In this document: piece after piece, positions 31,465 through 41,899 of the stretch | Numbering within the stretch: the stretch's first letter is position 1 | How the letters are laid out: the number at the start of each line of letters is the position of its first letter | The notes under the pieces: model-generated | What the model saw: only the letters and a program-made list of their open reading frames with translations | Told to the model about the DNA's origin: nothing | Databases searched by the model: none | Virus record (IMG/VR): IMGVR_UViG_3300029305_005724 | Coordinates: 96,001-160,000 of that record | Length of the DNA: 64,000 nt | Direction: 5' to 3' (one strand) | DNA from: a virus | Taxonomy: Duplodnaviria; Caudoviricetes | Position numbers and translations under genes: made by a program

Positions 31465-32097
31465 ATGGGTTCATTAAATATTGAAGAAATGAGTCGAGAA
31501 GACCTTATTGAATATATAAAAATGCTAGATGCTGATTTGGATAAAGAAAAAGCTTTAAGATCTAAAGAGGCTGAAGATTATAAAGCTCTTGAAGAAGAGT
31601 ATGAAAAAGAAATAGCAGAATTGCACCGAAGTTTGACTCAAGCTAATGGAAAAATAATATCCCAGAATATCACGCTTGAGTCTTATAAAAGTAAAATGGG
31701 AATACCATTGATTATTGAGGGATCGGAAAAAGATTTGTATACAGATGAACAAAAAGAGTTTTTAATTTCTTTAGTAGCTAATGCTATGAATAGTTATGAA
31801 AAATTTACAAGACCATATAAAATATGTGAATCTATATTAAATGCAAATCACTCATCTAAACGAAAAGATGAACTTAAGGAAGCTCTCACTACTATATTTA
31901 GTTCATATGTGCGAATTGATAGTAAAGTTCATCAGGCTGTACATACATTAGGAATGAAACTAACCGATTGCGGTAATGGTCATTATAAATTATCGTTTAT
32001 TAATGACGATAGATGGAATATATCTATCTCTGCAACACCGTCAGATTTTAGAGCTGGCCAAAATGTAGTATCAGATATAAACAAAATGTTCTTTTAA
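31465..32097 (+). CDS. coiled-coil protein with C-terminal HicA-like segment
   Basis: GNGHYKL...SATPSDFRAGQN. Confidence 0.45.
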   Translation: MGSLNIEEMSREDLIEYIKMLDADLDKEKALRSKEAEDYKALEEEYEKEIAELHRSLTQANGKIISQNITLESYKSKMGIPLIIEGSEKDLYTDEQKEFLISLVANAMNSYEKFTRPYKICESILNANHSSKRKDELKEALTTIFSSYVRIDSKVHQAVHTLGMKLTDCGNGHYKLSFINDDRWNISISATPSDFRAGQNVVSDINKMFF

Positions 32098-32179
32098 TAG
32101 AGATACCGAGACCATTGGTATCTCTATTATTTTATGCATTGAACAAATGAATAAATGAAATAGAGAGGAGAGAAATATA

Positions 32180-33436
32180 ATGGCTATTAATAAGCGCGTC
32201 TCTCGCGAAGTTAAAGATATAAAAGATATCGAATTTCTTCTAAATCTTAAAGAAGACGATATAACGACTACACTTATTATGGAATTATTTGGTGACTTTG
32301 GCAAGCATCAATGGTTTAATCCATATGACATTATAACCGTTCCAACTGGAAGATATGGTGGAAAATTGCCTAATGGAAAGGATAAGAAGAATAAAGCTCC
32401 ATTTACAACAACTGTGGGAAGACTTATATTTAATAAGTATTTCATCGAAGGAGATCCTGAACTTCTTAATTTCTTTGGATTTATAAATTATAATGTATCT
32501 AAAAAGACTTATGGAAAAATGTTTGATTCTATAGGTTATGCAGTTCTTGAAAATGAAATTTCTATAGATGCATATAAGAAATTCTGTAAAAAGAGTCAAA
32601 AGTTCATGCCTTACGTAAGCATTCTATCTCCAAACCATTCAGATAATATGCTTACAATTACAAAGCAGATTAATAAAAAGAAAGCTGAACTTATTAAAGC
32701 TAATCAAGAAGCTTTTGATAAAGGTGATGTTATTGTCGTTGATAAGGTAAGCAAAGAACTCTTAGACTATGCAAGAGAGCTTATGAAAGACGATCCTGCA
32801 ATGGATATGTTTCTTTCTGGGGCAGGCGGTTCTTTTGAAAATAACTTCAAAAACATGTTCATTATGAGAGGATCTGTACAGGATCCTGACCCTAGAAAGA
32901 GCTATAATATTATTACATCTAATTATGTAGATGGAGTTTCAAAAGAAGAATACTCTAAATTAGCAAATACACTCGCAGCTGGTCCTTACTCAAGATCTAA
33001 AAAGACTGAGTTAGGAGGATATTGGGAGAAATTATTTATGTCTTCTTTACAGCATGTAATACTCTTAGATCCAGATTCAGATTGTGAAACCAAGAGACAT
33101 ATAACTCTTAAGGTTACAAATAAAAACATCAATTCTATTATGTATTGCTATGTCATTAATAATGATGGTAGCCTTACAGAAATTACATCTAAAAATAGAG
33201 ATAAATTTATAGGTAAAGAGGTTAAGCTTAGATTCTCGTCTATGTGCGAAGCAAAGAATGGTATTTGTAATAAGTGTGCCGGAAATCTATTTTATAGACT
33301 TGGTATTAGAAATGTCGGGGCTTCTACTCCTCAAATACCTTCAAAACTTAAAGTGCTTTCGATGAAATTGTTCCATGACGATCAGCTTAATTTTACTGAA
33401 ATGGATCCTATGGCAGCATTTTGCCCAGATGATTAA
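32180..33436 (+). CDS. RNA polymerase beta' subunit, C-terminal part
   Basis: TTVGRLIFN, bridge-helix-like YSRSKKTELGGYWEK, Zn site RFSSMC...ICNKCAG, trigger-loop-like LSMKLFH. Confidence 0.88.
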   Translation: MAINKRVSREVKDIKDIEFLLNLKEDDITTTLIMELFGDFGKHQWFNPYDIITVPTGRYGGKLPNGKDKKNKAPFTTTVGRLIFNKYFIEGDPELLNFFGFINYNVSKKTYGKMFDSIGYAVLENEISIDAYKKFCKKSQKFMPYVSILSPNHSDNMLTITKQINKKKAELIKANQEAFDKGDVIVVDKVSKELLDYARELMKDDPAMDMFLSGAGGSFENNFKNMFIMRGSVQDPDPRKSYNIITSNYVDGVSKEEYSKLANTLAAGPYSRSKKTELGGYWEKLFMSSLQHVILLDPDSDCETKRHITLKVTNKNINSIMYCYVINNDGSLTEITSKNRDKFIGKEVKLRFSSMCEAKNGICNKCAGNLFYRLGIRNVGASTPQIPSKLKVLSMKLFHDDQLNFTEMDPMAAFCPDD

Positions 33437-33507
33437 AAATATAGTACGATAGACTTATATAGTCTATCGTACTTTTTATTATTCGTAAAGATTATATAAA
33501 ATAGTCA

Positions 33508-33517
33508 TATATTATAA
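33508..33517 (+). promoter_or_regulatory. putative early promoter TATATTATAA (representative)
   Basis: Recurs after terminators and before clusters of small hypothetical genes (list in findings). Confidence 0.55.
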
Positions 33518-33583
33518 TCGTGAGACAAACAAATAATATATGTCTCAGAAAACCACAATTTTCAAATAAAAGGAGAATGAAAA

Positions 33584-34435
33584 ATGAGTACAAACTTTAC
33601 CCTTGGAACTGAGTTCTTTAAGAAAGGAACTCCTGTAGGAGCTAGCGCAACAAACTATCTCCTTAGCAACCCCAATGAGCTTGTTTCTGCTATTAGAAAC
33701 ATGACCGAAGTCGAAGGCACCAAGATTAATTATATCAAGAATGTCTTCGTTATTAATGACATAACTGTGGAAGAAATTACTACAGACAATGTCCAGGCGG
33801 CAATTCGCCAGTTTGCAAATCCTCTTTTCGAAAAGGACGCAATCGTTCTTGCCAGAGTAAACTACTCTGGGGTTAGCACCACTGAAGGAAGAAAGCATTT
33901 CTCTTGCTTTAACCTTTACAATCTTACAGATGATATTCTGGATTTTTCGTATCCCGAGGATGCAAGAAAATTTGGAAACTGTGAGATCTTCATCTATATG
34001 AACAATATGGGAAGAAAGTTTATCAATGATCTTTTCTATATTCGCGCTCAGAAGGTGATTTGCCTTGCAAACGGTAAAGCTCGTCTTGAGTATACTAATT
34101 ACAATGCAAATAATATTTCTACCGCTCCCAATAGCATCTATGCAGCATTCAAAACAATGAATCTTGCTCAGATGCTTAATGAGAATTCGTTCATTACATA
34201 CATCACCAATGTATATACTGATGGTGATAGCGATGAGTTTGAAACTTTCTATGATATGGAAGCTATTATTGCTTCTATTGATAAAGGACAGCTTATCGTA
34301 TCTGAAGTAGATCGTAAGTATCTTCCTTATGCTCTGGATCTTGGATTTGTATCTCTGAGCAATGATGGTAAGAGCAAAACTCTTCGAATTGTTTATACAA
34401 ACAAATCTGGAAAAGCTTACACTCAGTCAATCTGA
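33584..34435 (+). CDS. hypothetical protein
   Basis: AAGGAG RBS, own promoter and terminator. Confidence 0.7.
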   Translation: MSTNFTLGTEFFKKGTPVGASATNYLLSNPNELVSAIRNMTEVEGTKINYIKNVFVINDITVEEITTDNVQAAIRQFANPLFEKDAIVLARVNYSGVSTTEGRKHFSCFNLYNLTDDILDFSYPEDARKFGNCEIFIYMNNMGRKFINDLFYIRAQKVICLANGKARLEYTNYNANNISTAPNSIYAAFKTMNLAQMLNENSFITYITNVYTDGDSDEFETFYDMEAIIASIDKGQLIVSEVDRKYLPYALDLGFVSLSNDGKSKTLRIVYTNKSGKAYTQSI

Positions 34436-34563
34436 GTGTAGGGAATGAAAGAAACCGGAGGGCAATAGTCCTCCGGTTTTATTTTTATATATTTTGTTTT
34501 AATAATATATTATAAATATGAAAGAAGTAAAACTTTCAATAATAAAAATTATATAAAAGGAGA

Positions 34564-36075
34564 ATGAAACAAATGGCAAAAATTCTTACAGATCGAAGTT
34601 TTATTAAAACACTTGGTAAAGATAACCAAGTAAAAGAAGCTATCAATCTTACCGATAGCAACATTGATTTTAGCAAAGACCCTACAACGCGTGTAGGAAA
34701 TGAAAGCATTATTCAGTCTGTCGTAAGACATCTTTTAGCTTCCTACTATACGGATTATCCTGATCATGATATTATTGTAAACAAACTTACTGTTATCAAT
34801 AGTTTGGATATTGCCTATGATCATGATATGGATACGATTAGAAAACTTCTTGTAGGCTATATGGTTCGTCAGCTTTCTCCAGAAACTCTTCTTGTGTTTC
34901 ATTTCCCTGAAACACCCGAGTTTATGATTGACGAAAAAGATGCCCTTTCTATTGAAACTGGGGATCTTGGTCTTTACTGCTTTAGTAAAGATGTATGGGA
35001 TATTTCTGAATTCCTTGGCATTGACATTGAGGATAAAGAATGCGGACATTATGCCTTTTATGCCGGTAATAGTGCCGGAAATACTATGCTTCATGCTCTT
35101 CTTGAGAGTAGAAGAAAATATTTTCATACCTTTGAGAATAACGGCACCTATGTTTCGTGGATGAGCAATCCAATTAACTTGAAGAGTGAGAGTGTATATG
35201 ATACTATCTCTTACGAAGTTAAGCAGCACATCATGGATAATATTCCTGATGCTAAGGATAGATTTTATTATATCATTACTAAGATTCATAATGATGTAGA
35301 GAAATCTAATTTTGAAAGTGATCATGATATCATCACGATGTTCGATAATGACCTTTATTTTGGTGCTGAGGAATTTATCTGTACTCGTACGTATGATGAT
35401 GCTGCATTGGAGAAATTCTTGTCTATCGGATTTAGAGAAATCAAAGATATTAGCCGTGTTAAAGACAACAAGGCTCACTTCCTTGTATTGGATAATGGTT
35501 GTGAAATTGCGGACTTCCTTATTTCCAAGTATTCTTTATCTGATGATTCTATGAATATCGTCAAAGTGGAAGAAACTAGAACAGATGTTATTACGGAGCA
35601 ATATGCTAATAATGCTTCTATTTCTTATTATAGAGCATATGCTAAAAATGGAGATAAGAATGATTTTCTTGCAAGAGATGTTTTGTCTTTTGGTGATATT
35701 TTGAAAAATAAATTCGATCAGGTTATTATTATCAGCTATGTAAATCCTGGCAATGGTGCTCCGAAAGAGCTTTTTGATGAATTTGCAAAAGCTCATAAAG
35801 ATGAAATTATTCTTCTTAGAATCGGTTATGATTGTGATGAAAAGGAATCTTATATCAATGGAGAATTTTGTGAACTCATAGCAGATGCAGAAGATGCTGG
35901 ATTTAAGGATATTAATAATCTTTGTAATTTTGAATTTAGCACTCCCTTCCTTTATAGAAACGAGAGAGCTAGAGAATTGCTCAGAGCAATTGTTAGATTC
36001 GAAATTCGCCAGCATTCTGAAAATTTCGTATTTGAAGATGTTGCAAAAGATCTCACTGAAAAGAAAGATTCTTAA
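34564..36075 (+). CDS. hypothetical protein with internally repeated domains
   Basis: AAGGAG RBS, own promoter and terminator. Confidence 0.7.
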   Translation: MKQMAKILTDRSFIKTLGKDNQVKEAINLTDSNIDFSKDPTTRVGNESIIQSVVRHLLASYYTDYPDHDIIVNKLTVINSLDIAYDHDMDTIRKLLVGYMVRQLSPETLLVFHFPETPEFMIDEKDALSIETGDLGLYCFSKDVWDISEFLGIDIEDKECGHYAFYAGNSAGNTMLHALLESRRKYFHTFENNGTYVSWMSNPINLKSESVYDTISYEVKQHIMDNIPDAKDRFYYIITKIHNDVEKSNFESDHDIITMFDNDLYFGAEEFICTRTYDDAALEKFLSIGFREIKDISRVKDNKAHFLVLDNGCEIADFLISKYSLSDDSMNIVKVEETRTDVITEQYANNASISYYRAYAKNGDKNDFLARDVLSFGDILKNKFDQVIIISYVNPGNGAPKELFDEFAKAHKDEIILLRIGYDCDEKESYINGEFCELIADAEDAGFKDINNLCNFEFSTPFLYRNERARELLRAIVRFEIRQHSENFVFEDVAKDLTEKKDS

Positions 36076-36195
36076 TTACTAAGAAAAATTGCACAATAAA
36101 GAGGGTTTTTAACCCTCTTTATTTTTTTTTTGATTAATTGCAAACAAATAACTGTTCAACTATCTTATAATACCAAATTTAGGAGGTAAATTATC

Positions 36196-36828
36196 ATGTC
36201 TTTAAACAACAAAACCCCAATAGTTATTTCTAGAAAAGAGTTTGGCTTGATTAGACTTCATTTGAATTGTGCAACTAAAGAACTGGATAAGTTTATTGCG
36301 AATAATGCAGCCGATCTTAATGCTATTACTCCTTTTGAGATTCGTCATTCTACTGAGACTATGGCAGATGCTGTAGAGGTTCAGGAAAAAGACAATGTTA
36401 TGTCTAATTATTTCATTATCAGTATTGGTGATGATGCTCCTTATCATGTGCAGACATTTAACGATGCATTTAAGGAGAAATTTATTTCTATTATTGAGCA
36501 ATTTGGATATGATTTTAAATTCCGTAATAGAGAAAGAGATATTAATAATCATAGCATCGAGCTGAATAATTCAGTCCGTTATCCTTTCCTCAAGATCTAT
36601 GCAGATATAAAGGATAATTGCATAAATATTAAAATCGATGTCAAACAAGTGTTTAATTGTGATAAACATGGCAAGATTGCTACTAAGATTCTTGCTTTCT
36701 TAGAAAAGTATCTTAAGCCTATTGCAATTAAAGTAAATAATGCAGTTGTTGGATTCTTCAAGAAGATTATTAATAAGATTAAAAAGATTGATACAACTGA
36801 TAATAAGGAGGACGGCAGCAATGGCTAA
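36196..36828 (+). CDS. hypothetical protein
   Basis: AGGAGG RBS; AACT-N6-TA at 36158. Confidence 0.7.
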   Translation: MSLNNKTPIVISRKEFGLIRLHLNCATKELDKFIANNAADLNAITPFEIRHSTETMADAVEVQEKDNVMSNYFIISIGDDAPYHVQTFNDAFKEKFISIIEQFGYDFKFRNRERDINNHSIELNNSVRYPFLKIYADIKDNCINIKIDVKQVFNCDKHGKIATKILAFLEKYLKPIAIKVNNAVVGFFKKIINKIKKIDTTDNKEDGSNG

Positions 36829-37288
36829 TAGAGGTCCTGTAGTTGAATCTACAAGCTCTCAAGTCGTTGTCACAGTCTTCAGTCTTGATAAATTTAGTAG
36901 AAGTTTTAATAGAAAGATAGATTTATCTTTCGATGTGCTAAAGAGAAGAATTGAAGGGTTTACAGTTGTAGATTCTTCCCATTTGAATGGCCCATCAAGA
37001 CTTTCTATGATTGAAGATTTCAAGAATGGTCATACGATTCATTTTAAGAAAAATATAGCAATTACAATTGAACCGCCGGAAGATTTCGCTTATACAGAAA
37101 CTGCAGAAAAGAATTTAATGAATCGTATATCTAAAATCTTTAGAAGCATTATTTATGATGATGATACTTTTGAAATAGGAATATCCTATAAGATGTCTCA
37201 TAAATATGATCAAAAGAAAGATATTTATATTATTCTTCTTGAAGTGGTTTCTACAAACTCATTTATAATAAAACCATCTAAAAAGTGA
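36821..37288 (+). CDS. hypothetical protein
   Basis: AAGGAGG RBS favours ATG 36821. Confidence 0.65.
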   Translation: MANRGPVVESTSSQVVVTVFSLDKFSRSFNRKIDLSFDVLKRRIEGFTVVDSSHLNGPSRLSMIEDFKNGHTIHFKKNIAITIEPPEDFAYTETAEKNLMNRISKIFRSIIYDDDTFEIGISYKMSHKYDQKKDIYIILLEVVSTNSFIIKPSKK

Positions 37289-37306
37289 AAGGATAATATA
37301 AAGAAA

Positions 37307-37861
37307 ATGACAACGCGTGAAAAAGAACCCTTTAAAATTGCCGCAAGTGATTATGCCAATATGAGCTGTTGGCTAAAAATACTTGTGGATTGTATACATA
37401 AAATTGCTAGTAATAGATTCCCATATGGCTTTGTATCTATTGAGTCTTCCGAATCCGATATAGTTACAAAACATCTTTCAGACTTTACATCAAAGAAATA
37501 TGATGAATGCTTACATCATAAAATTACCATTTGGGTTGATGTCAATCATGCCAAAGAACTACAAGTCTACTTAAGGCATGCCTTAGATGAAGCTTGTAAA
37601 ACTAGCTGGCCATTTGGTATTGGGCCTGCTGATAGAGATCAAGTTGTTCTCTTTTACCATAATAAAAATATTATCACTAGTATGACAAATCCAGGAATTC
37701 ATTGCAGTGCTGCTATATCACCATTACCAAAAATAAAAAATGGGTGTGGCGAAAATGCGATGATAACAATAATTACTAAATGCGAGGTTCCTCTCGAACT
37801 TCATGAAGTTAGTTTCTTTGATAGACTTAAGAAGTTTTTTAAAAGAAAGAAAAAATCTTAA
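37307..37861 (+). CDS. hypothetical protein
   Basis: Operonic 184 aa ORF. Confidence 0.65.
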   Translation: MTTREKEPFKIAASDYANMSCWLKILVDCIHKIASNRFPYGFVSIESSESDIVTKHLSDFTSKKYDECLHHKITIWVDVNHAKELQVYLRHALDEACKTSWPFGIGPADRDQVVLFYHNKNIITSMTNPGIHCSAAISPLPKIKNGCGENAMITIITKCEVPLELHEVSFFDRLKKFFKRKKKS

Positions 37862-37950
37862 GTCTAAAATGAATATATATTATAGATTAGAGAAGTAGAA
37901 CTTTGTCTACTTCTCTAATTTTATTTTATTCACAAAGGAGAATGAAAACT

Positions 37951-38271
37951 ATGGCAAGAGGATATGAAGATTTATCCAGACGAGCACTCATCAATCTTGG
38001 ACATGATTTTGATGATGCAAATGATGCGGAACTTATGCAGTTCCTGGCAGAGAATGATGATAAGTATGAAGGCATCAGACCTGTCGAAAAAATTATTGCT
38101 AGAGCTGATCAGCTCAAAGACTCAGCTGCAGATTGTGCTGCAGAAGTAAGAGGATCTATTCGCAATGCTGCGGATAAGCTTCTTGATAACGTTATTGATA
38201 CACTGGCTTCTCTTGTAAACAAAGAAGGAGATAGCAAAGTTATTTCAATGGAGGATACAGATAATGGTTGA
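37951..38271 (+). CDS. hypothetical protein
   Basis: AAGGAG RBS; start 37951 or 37942. Confidence 0.65.
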   Translation: MARGYEDLSRRALINLGHDFDDANDAELMQFLAENDDKYEGIRPVEKIIARADQLKDSAADCAAEVRGSIRNAADKLLDNVIDTLASLVNKEGDSKVISMEDTDNG

Positions 38272-38779
38272 AGTAAGAATTGTTAGTAAAGCAACAAATG
38301 AAGTTGAGATTATATATCTCGATTATAATGTTGCTGGGACTGTTTCTGAAGGCCTTTCTGCTTTAAGAAAAGTTTGTAATAGAAGTGAATCTTCTAGCCT
38401 TGTAGATATTTCTATTAAAAGTGTTTCAAATGACACTAAGAAATTTTTCGAAGGTAAAGTATTAAACAAGGGTCTCGAACTTATTGATCCTGCTTCAATT
38501 TATGAAGGAGGATACAAACTATCTGAGGCTATGATCGATGTAATCACTAATGAATGCTCTAATAATGAGAATTATTGTGTGCATTTCTACAATACTATGA
38601 AATCTGAAGCTATTGAAGAGAACTTCGTTAGTGGTTCTGATTTTGATGCATTTAAAGATTTCATTTATACTGTAATGACAAAAGTTATTGCAGATATGGA
38701 AGACCGTCTTTCATCATTAAGTCGAATTTCGGTAGATATTAAGCAATTAAAATTAGCAAATGAAGGAGATAGCGAATGA
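38264..38779 (+). CDS. hypothetical protein
   Basis: GGAGG RBS, overlapping operon. Confidence 0.65.
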   Translation: MVEVRIVSKATNEVEIIYLDYNVAGTVSEGLSALRKVCNRSESSSLVDISIKSVSNDTKKFFEGKVLNKGLELIDPASIYEGGYKLSEAMIDVITNECSNNENYCVHFYNTMKSEAIEENFVSGSDFDAFKDFIYTVMTKVIADMEDRLSSLSRISVDIKQLKLANEGDSE

Positions 38780-39306
38780 AAAGATTTCCAGATGCTGTGG
38801 CAGAATATTATATATCTAGCGACAATATTTTAGGATATTGTGAAATAGGTTCTGCAATATATGGTGTACAAATGATAAAAGGCGTATCAACAATAGAATC
38901 TGTAAAAGTATTCTATGATAAGATTATCGACTATAATGAATTATACACACCTTTAAACTATTTTGATCCTATTAAATGGATTATCATATGCAAAGAATGT
39001 GAAATAGAACTTCCTGCTATTTTTGAAGATATGATTGATGAAATGGTTCATAATGAAGATTATTGTGATTTTATTATGGATCAATTTGAAAATTATTTCA
39101 GATCAGATCTTAGTGTTGCTAAAACAGAAGTTCATTCTCGAGTTTTTGAAGTATTTCAATATATTTGTAATACTGTTGTAGATAGACTTAATAGAATTAT
39201 GAAAATCGTTAATGAAAACTACAATAAGTATAAAATTGCTAATATAAGCGATGCAAAGTTCGAAGATAAACCATGTGATAAGAAAGGAGAAGATTCATCA
39301 TGTTAG
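38776..39306 (+). CDS. hypothetical protein (weak paralog of 39300-39872)
   Basis: PLNYFDPIKWI vs SLSYFDPYYWI. Confidence 0.65.
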   Translation: MKRFPDAVAEYYISSDNILGYCEIGSAIYGVQMIKGVSTIESVKVFYDKIIDYNELYTPLNYFDPIKWIIICKECEIELPAIFEDMIDEMVHNEDYCDFIMDQFENYFRSDLSVAKTEVHSRVFEVFQYICNTVVDRLNRIMKIVNENYNKYKIANISDAKFEDKPCDKKGEDSSC

Positions 39307-39872
39307 AAGGACACATTCCTGTAACAGATAAAGATCTTGCAACAAGATCAACATCTACTAAAAATCCGCCCCTTCCAAACTTCTGTTCATCAGAAACAGT
39401 AAATAATGAAAAGTATATCGCAGTAAAAGTCAAGAATATTTCTGATAGAGCTGTTGAAATATGCATAAAAAGAAAAGAAGGAGTTATTGATCTAGCCTAT
39501 TATGAGCTTGGAAGTACTGTTCCATATGAGCATAAAGAAGGTGAAAATCTTATTCATCTTAGGGTTGTAAATAGACTCGAAGTAGATGAAGAAGTTAGAT
39601 ACTCATTATCGTACTTTGATCCATATTATTGGATTAAGTATTGCTATGATAATGCTGTTGCATTTCCTGTAGTATATTTCGATATGCTCGTTAGAGAATT
39701 TGTCGAAAATGAGAAATATAGAGAATATCTAGTAAAGAAACTTATTAAATTAGAGAAAGAGTCATCTGATTTGGATATGTCTTATTATCTCAAATTCTAT
39801 AATAAAGTAATTGAAAAAGCTTTATGGTTTAAAGAGCAAGAAGATCATAGAGTCATGATTACTTTAAAGTAA
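39300..39872 (+). CDS. hypothetical protein
   Basis: AAAGGAG RBS. Confidence 0.65.
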   Translation: MLEGHIPVTDKDLATRSTSTKNPPLPNFCSSETVNNEKYIAVKVKNISDRAVEICIKRKEGVIDLAYYELGSTVPYEHKEGENLIHLRVVNRLEVDEEVRYSLSYFDPYYWIKYCYDNAVAFPVVYFDMLVREFVENEKYREYLVKKLIKLEKESSDLDMSYYLKFYNKVIEKALWFKEQEDHRVMITLK

Positions 39873-39959
39873 ATAGATATTATATTAAGGCATGAATGTT
39901 ATTGGCTTTGTCGATTTATACTCATGCCTTAACTTATTAATATAGGGAGGTGTACACGC

Positions 39960-41225
39960 ATGCAAATGAAGGTAAATACTAGATATTCACGGTCAAATGA
40001 ATTTGACTATGAAACTAGACTTGAGCGCGTGAATTTAGATGAAGAACGCCGTCATGATGTATTGACAGGTAATGGCTTCATTGTTAGTTCACCAAAAGCA
40101 ATTAAAGATGATATTAAAGATCCGAATGGTATTTTCTCGACTAAGTACGGTCCTGGTCTTCAGGATGCAAATGCTTTCGGCAATAGATATCGTTGCAAAT
40201 GTGGCCATACCACATCTAGATTCTATCATGGTCTTACATGTGAAGTATGTGGAGAAAAGGTAGAATTTAAAGATGATAATTTTAGCATGTTTGGCTATAT
40301 TTGTCTTAAAGATCCGTATTTTATTATTCATCCTAATCTTTTTATGTCTTTAGCTTTCTTTATTGGAGAAAAGGATTTTATGGGAATCATTACTCCTGAT
40401 GATAGAAAAGATGAAGATGGTCATGACCTTGAAATTAAGAGACCAAAGGATGAACCTTTCCGAGGAATCGGAATGATTGGCTTCCATGATCAGTTTGACG
40501 AGATCATGGAATATTATTATCATAAGAAGCCTAACAAAAGGGATTATTATGAAAGTATTATGAATGATAAAGAAAAAGTATTCATTCAGTCAATTCCTGT
40601 ATTTACAATTCATTTACGTCCTTATAGACTTGATGGTGGAGTATTCCATTTTGAAGGTACTAATGCGACGTATAATATCATTGCAAACTTGGCAGCAAGA
40701 ATCAATGATGATAAAACTAAAATGAATAGAGAGAAGAAACCAAAGAATCAGCTTCTTTTCGATATGCAAATGAAATATAAAGAGCTGTATACTGAATTAA
40801 CAAAAATTATTTCTGGAAAGAAAGGTTCTATTAGAGCACTCTTTGGCGGAAGATATAATTTTACTGCACGTTCAGTTATAGCTCCTGGTCCTGATTTGAG
40901 AATTGATGAAGTATGGTTAAGTTATCCTTGTCTTTGCGGATTGCTTGAGCAAAGAATAATCAATATCTTGCACAAGACCTATTTCATGAAATATAATGAT
41001 GCATATAAACTTCTTCATGAATCTATGCATCAAGAAAATAAAATTATCCGTCAAATTATTGATGGTATTATTGCATCAACAGAAAGAGGAATTCCGTTAT
41101 TGATTAACCGAAATCCTACAATCTCGTATGGCGGTATTTTGCAAGTCTATTGCACAGGAATATCAAAAGGATATACGATGTTGATTCCGCTACCGGTACT
41201 TGAAGGACTGGCTGCGGATTTTGAT
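39960..41225 (+). CDS. RNA polymerase beta' N-terminal (catalytic) subunit, exon 1
   Basis: Zn finger CKCG...CEVC, KGSIRALFGGRYNFTARSVI, NRNPT; ends at ADFD of the catalytic ADFDGD. Confidence 0.93.
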
Positions 41226-41665
41226 AGAAAACTGTCCTTATGCGAAAGCATAAGCCGATGTGGTTAATTGCTGGGAGTCTAGTCTGAAAATGATCATGAT
41301 AATCAGCAGCGAAGTAAGATTTATATGGCAGGATGGCGAAATTGGAAAACGCAGTCGACGGCCTTATATCGTTTACGTGGCTACCCCCGTGATATAAGAG
41401 TCGATTTACTGGTTCTAGTCCAGATCCAAACTGAGGTGTTCGAGCCCCTCTCCTGCCACCAAATCTTAAACGTTCAACGACTAGTTAGTAATAACGTAGA
41501 GCCCAAGCTTATGGGGTTAGGTTGTGTTTGGAAAGCACGTGAGTCCTATTAAATCGAAATGCTACAGTCTCATAAGAGATAAGATATAGTCTCAACTTAT
41601 ATGGAAACATATAGCAGTTCATAAGAGAACGGTATAGATGTTGCGAATCTATATGAAGATAAATG
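41226..41665 (+). mobile_element. group I self-splicing intron, 440 nt, no endonuclease ORF
   Basis: Exon ends in U, intron ends in G; P1 GAU|AG-AAAA-CUGUC with U.G at splice site; P2 CUUAUGC-GAAA-GCAUAAG; P (41266 AATTGCTGGGA), Q (41301 AATCAGCAGC), R (41472 GTTCAACGACTA), S (41581 AAGATATAGTC); removal restores ADFD-GD in frame. Confidence 0.95.
41327..41461 (+). ncRNA. tRNA-like element nested in the intron P6 loop
   Basis: 7-bp acceptor GGCAGGA/TCCTGCC + ACCA; D arm GCG-AAATTGGAAAA-CGC; T arm GAGG(T)G-TTCGAGC-CCCTC; long variable arm; anticodon loop replaced by a ~40-nt hairpin. Confidence 0.85.
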
Positions 41666-41899
41666 GGTGACACATTGAATATCCTTTTAATCATCAACAA
41701 AGACTTTCAAGAAGCAGCAGAGAATGTATTTAATCCGAGAAATGCTATGTATATCTCTAAGAATGATGGAATGTTTAACAATTCCTACAATCATAAGAGA
41801 GATAGCATTATCAATATGAATACTCTTTGCCAACTTAGCAGAGCTCATTATACAGAAGAGCAGCTTAATAGAATTAAGATAGCTCAGAGCCGTGCTTAA
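41666..41899 (+). CDS. RNA polymerase beta' N-terminal subunit, exon 2
   Basis: Begins GGT GAC (GD); spliced product is 499 aa. Confidence 0.92.
   Translation, partial: GDTLNILLIINKDFQEAAENVFNPRNAMYISKNDGMFNNSYNHKRDSIINMNTLCQLSRAHYTEEQLNRIKIAQSRA

Noticed and set aside
41361-41400. CTA in the expanded arm as an amber-suppressor anticodon, or a spliceable tRNA intron
   Set aside because: No U33-type 7-nt loop, and removal at 37/38 does not give a canonical anticodon loop.
41325-41552. 75-aa ORF inside the intron as a homing endonuclease
   Set aside because: No RBS or nuclease motif; it is a translation of the tRNA-like and intron core sequence.
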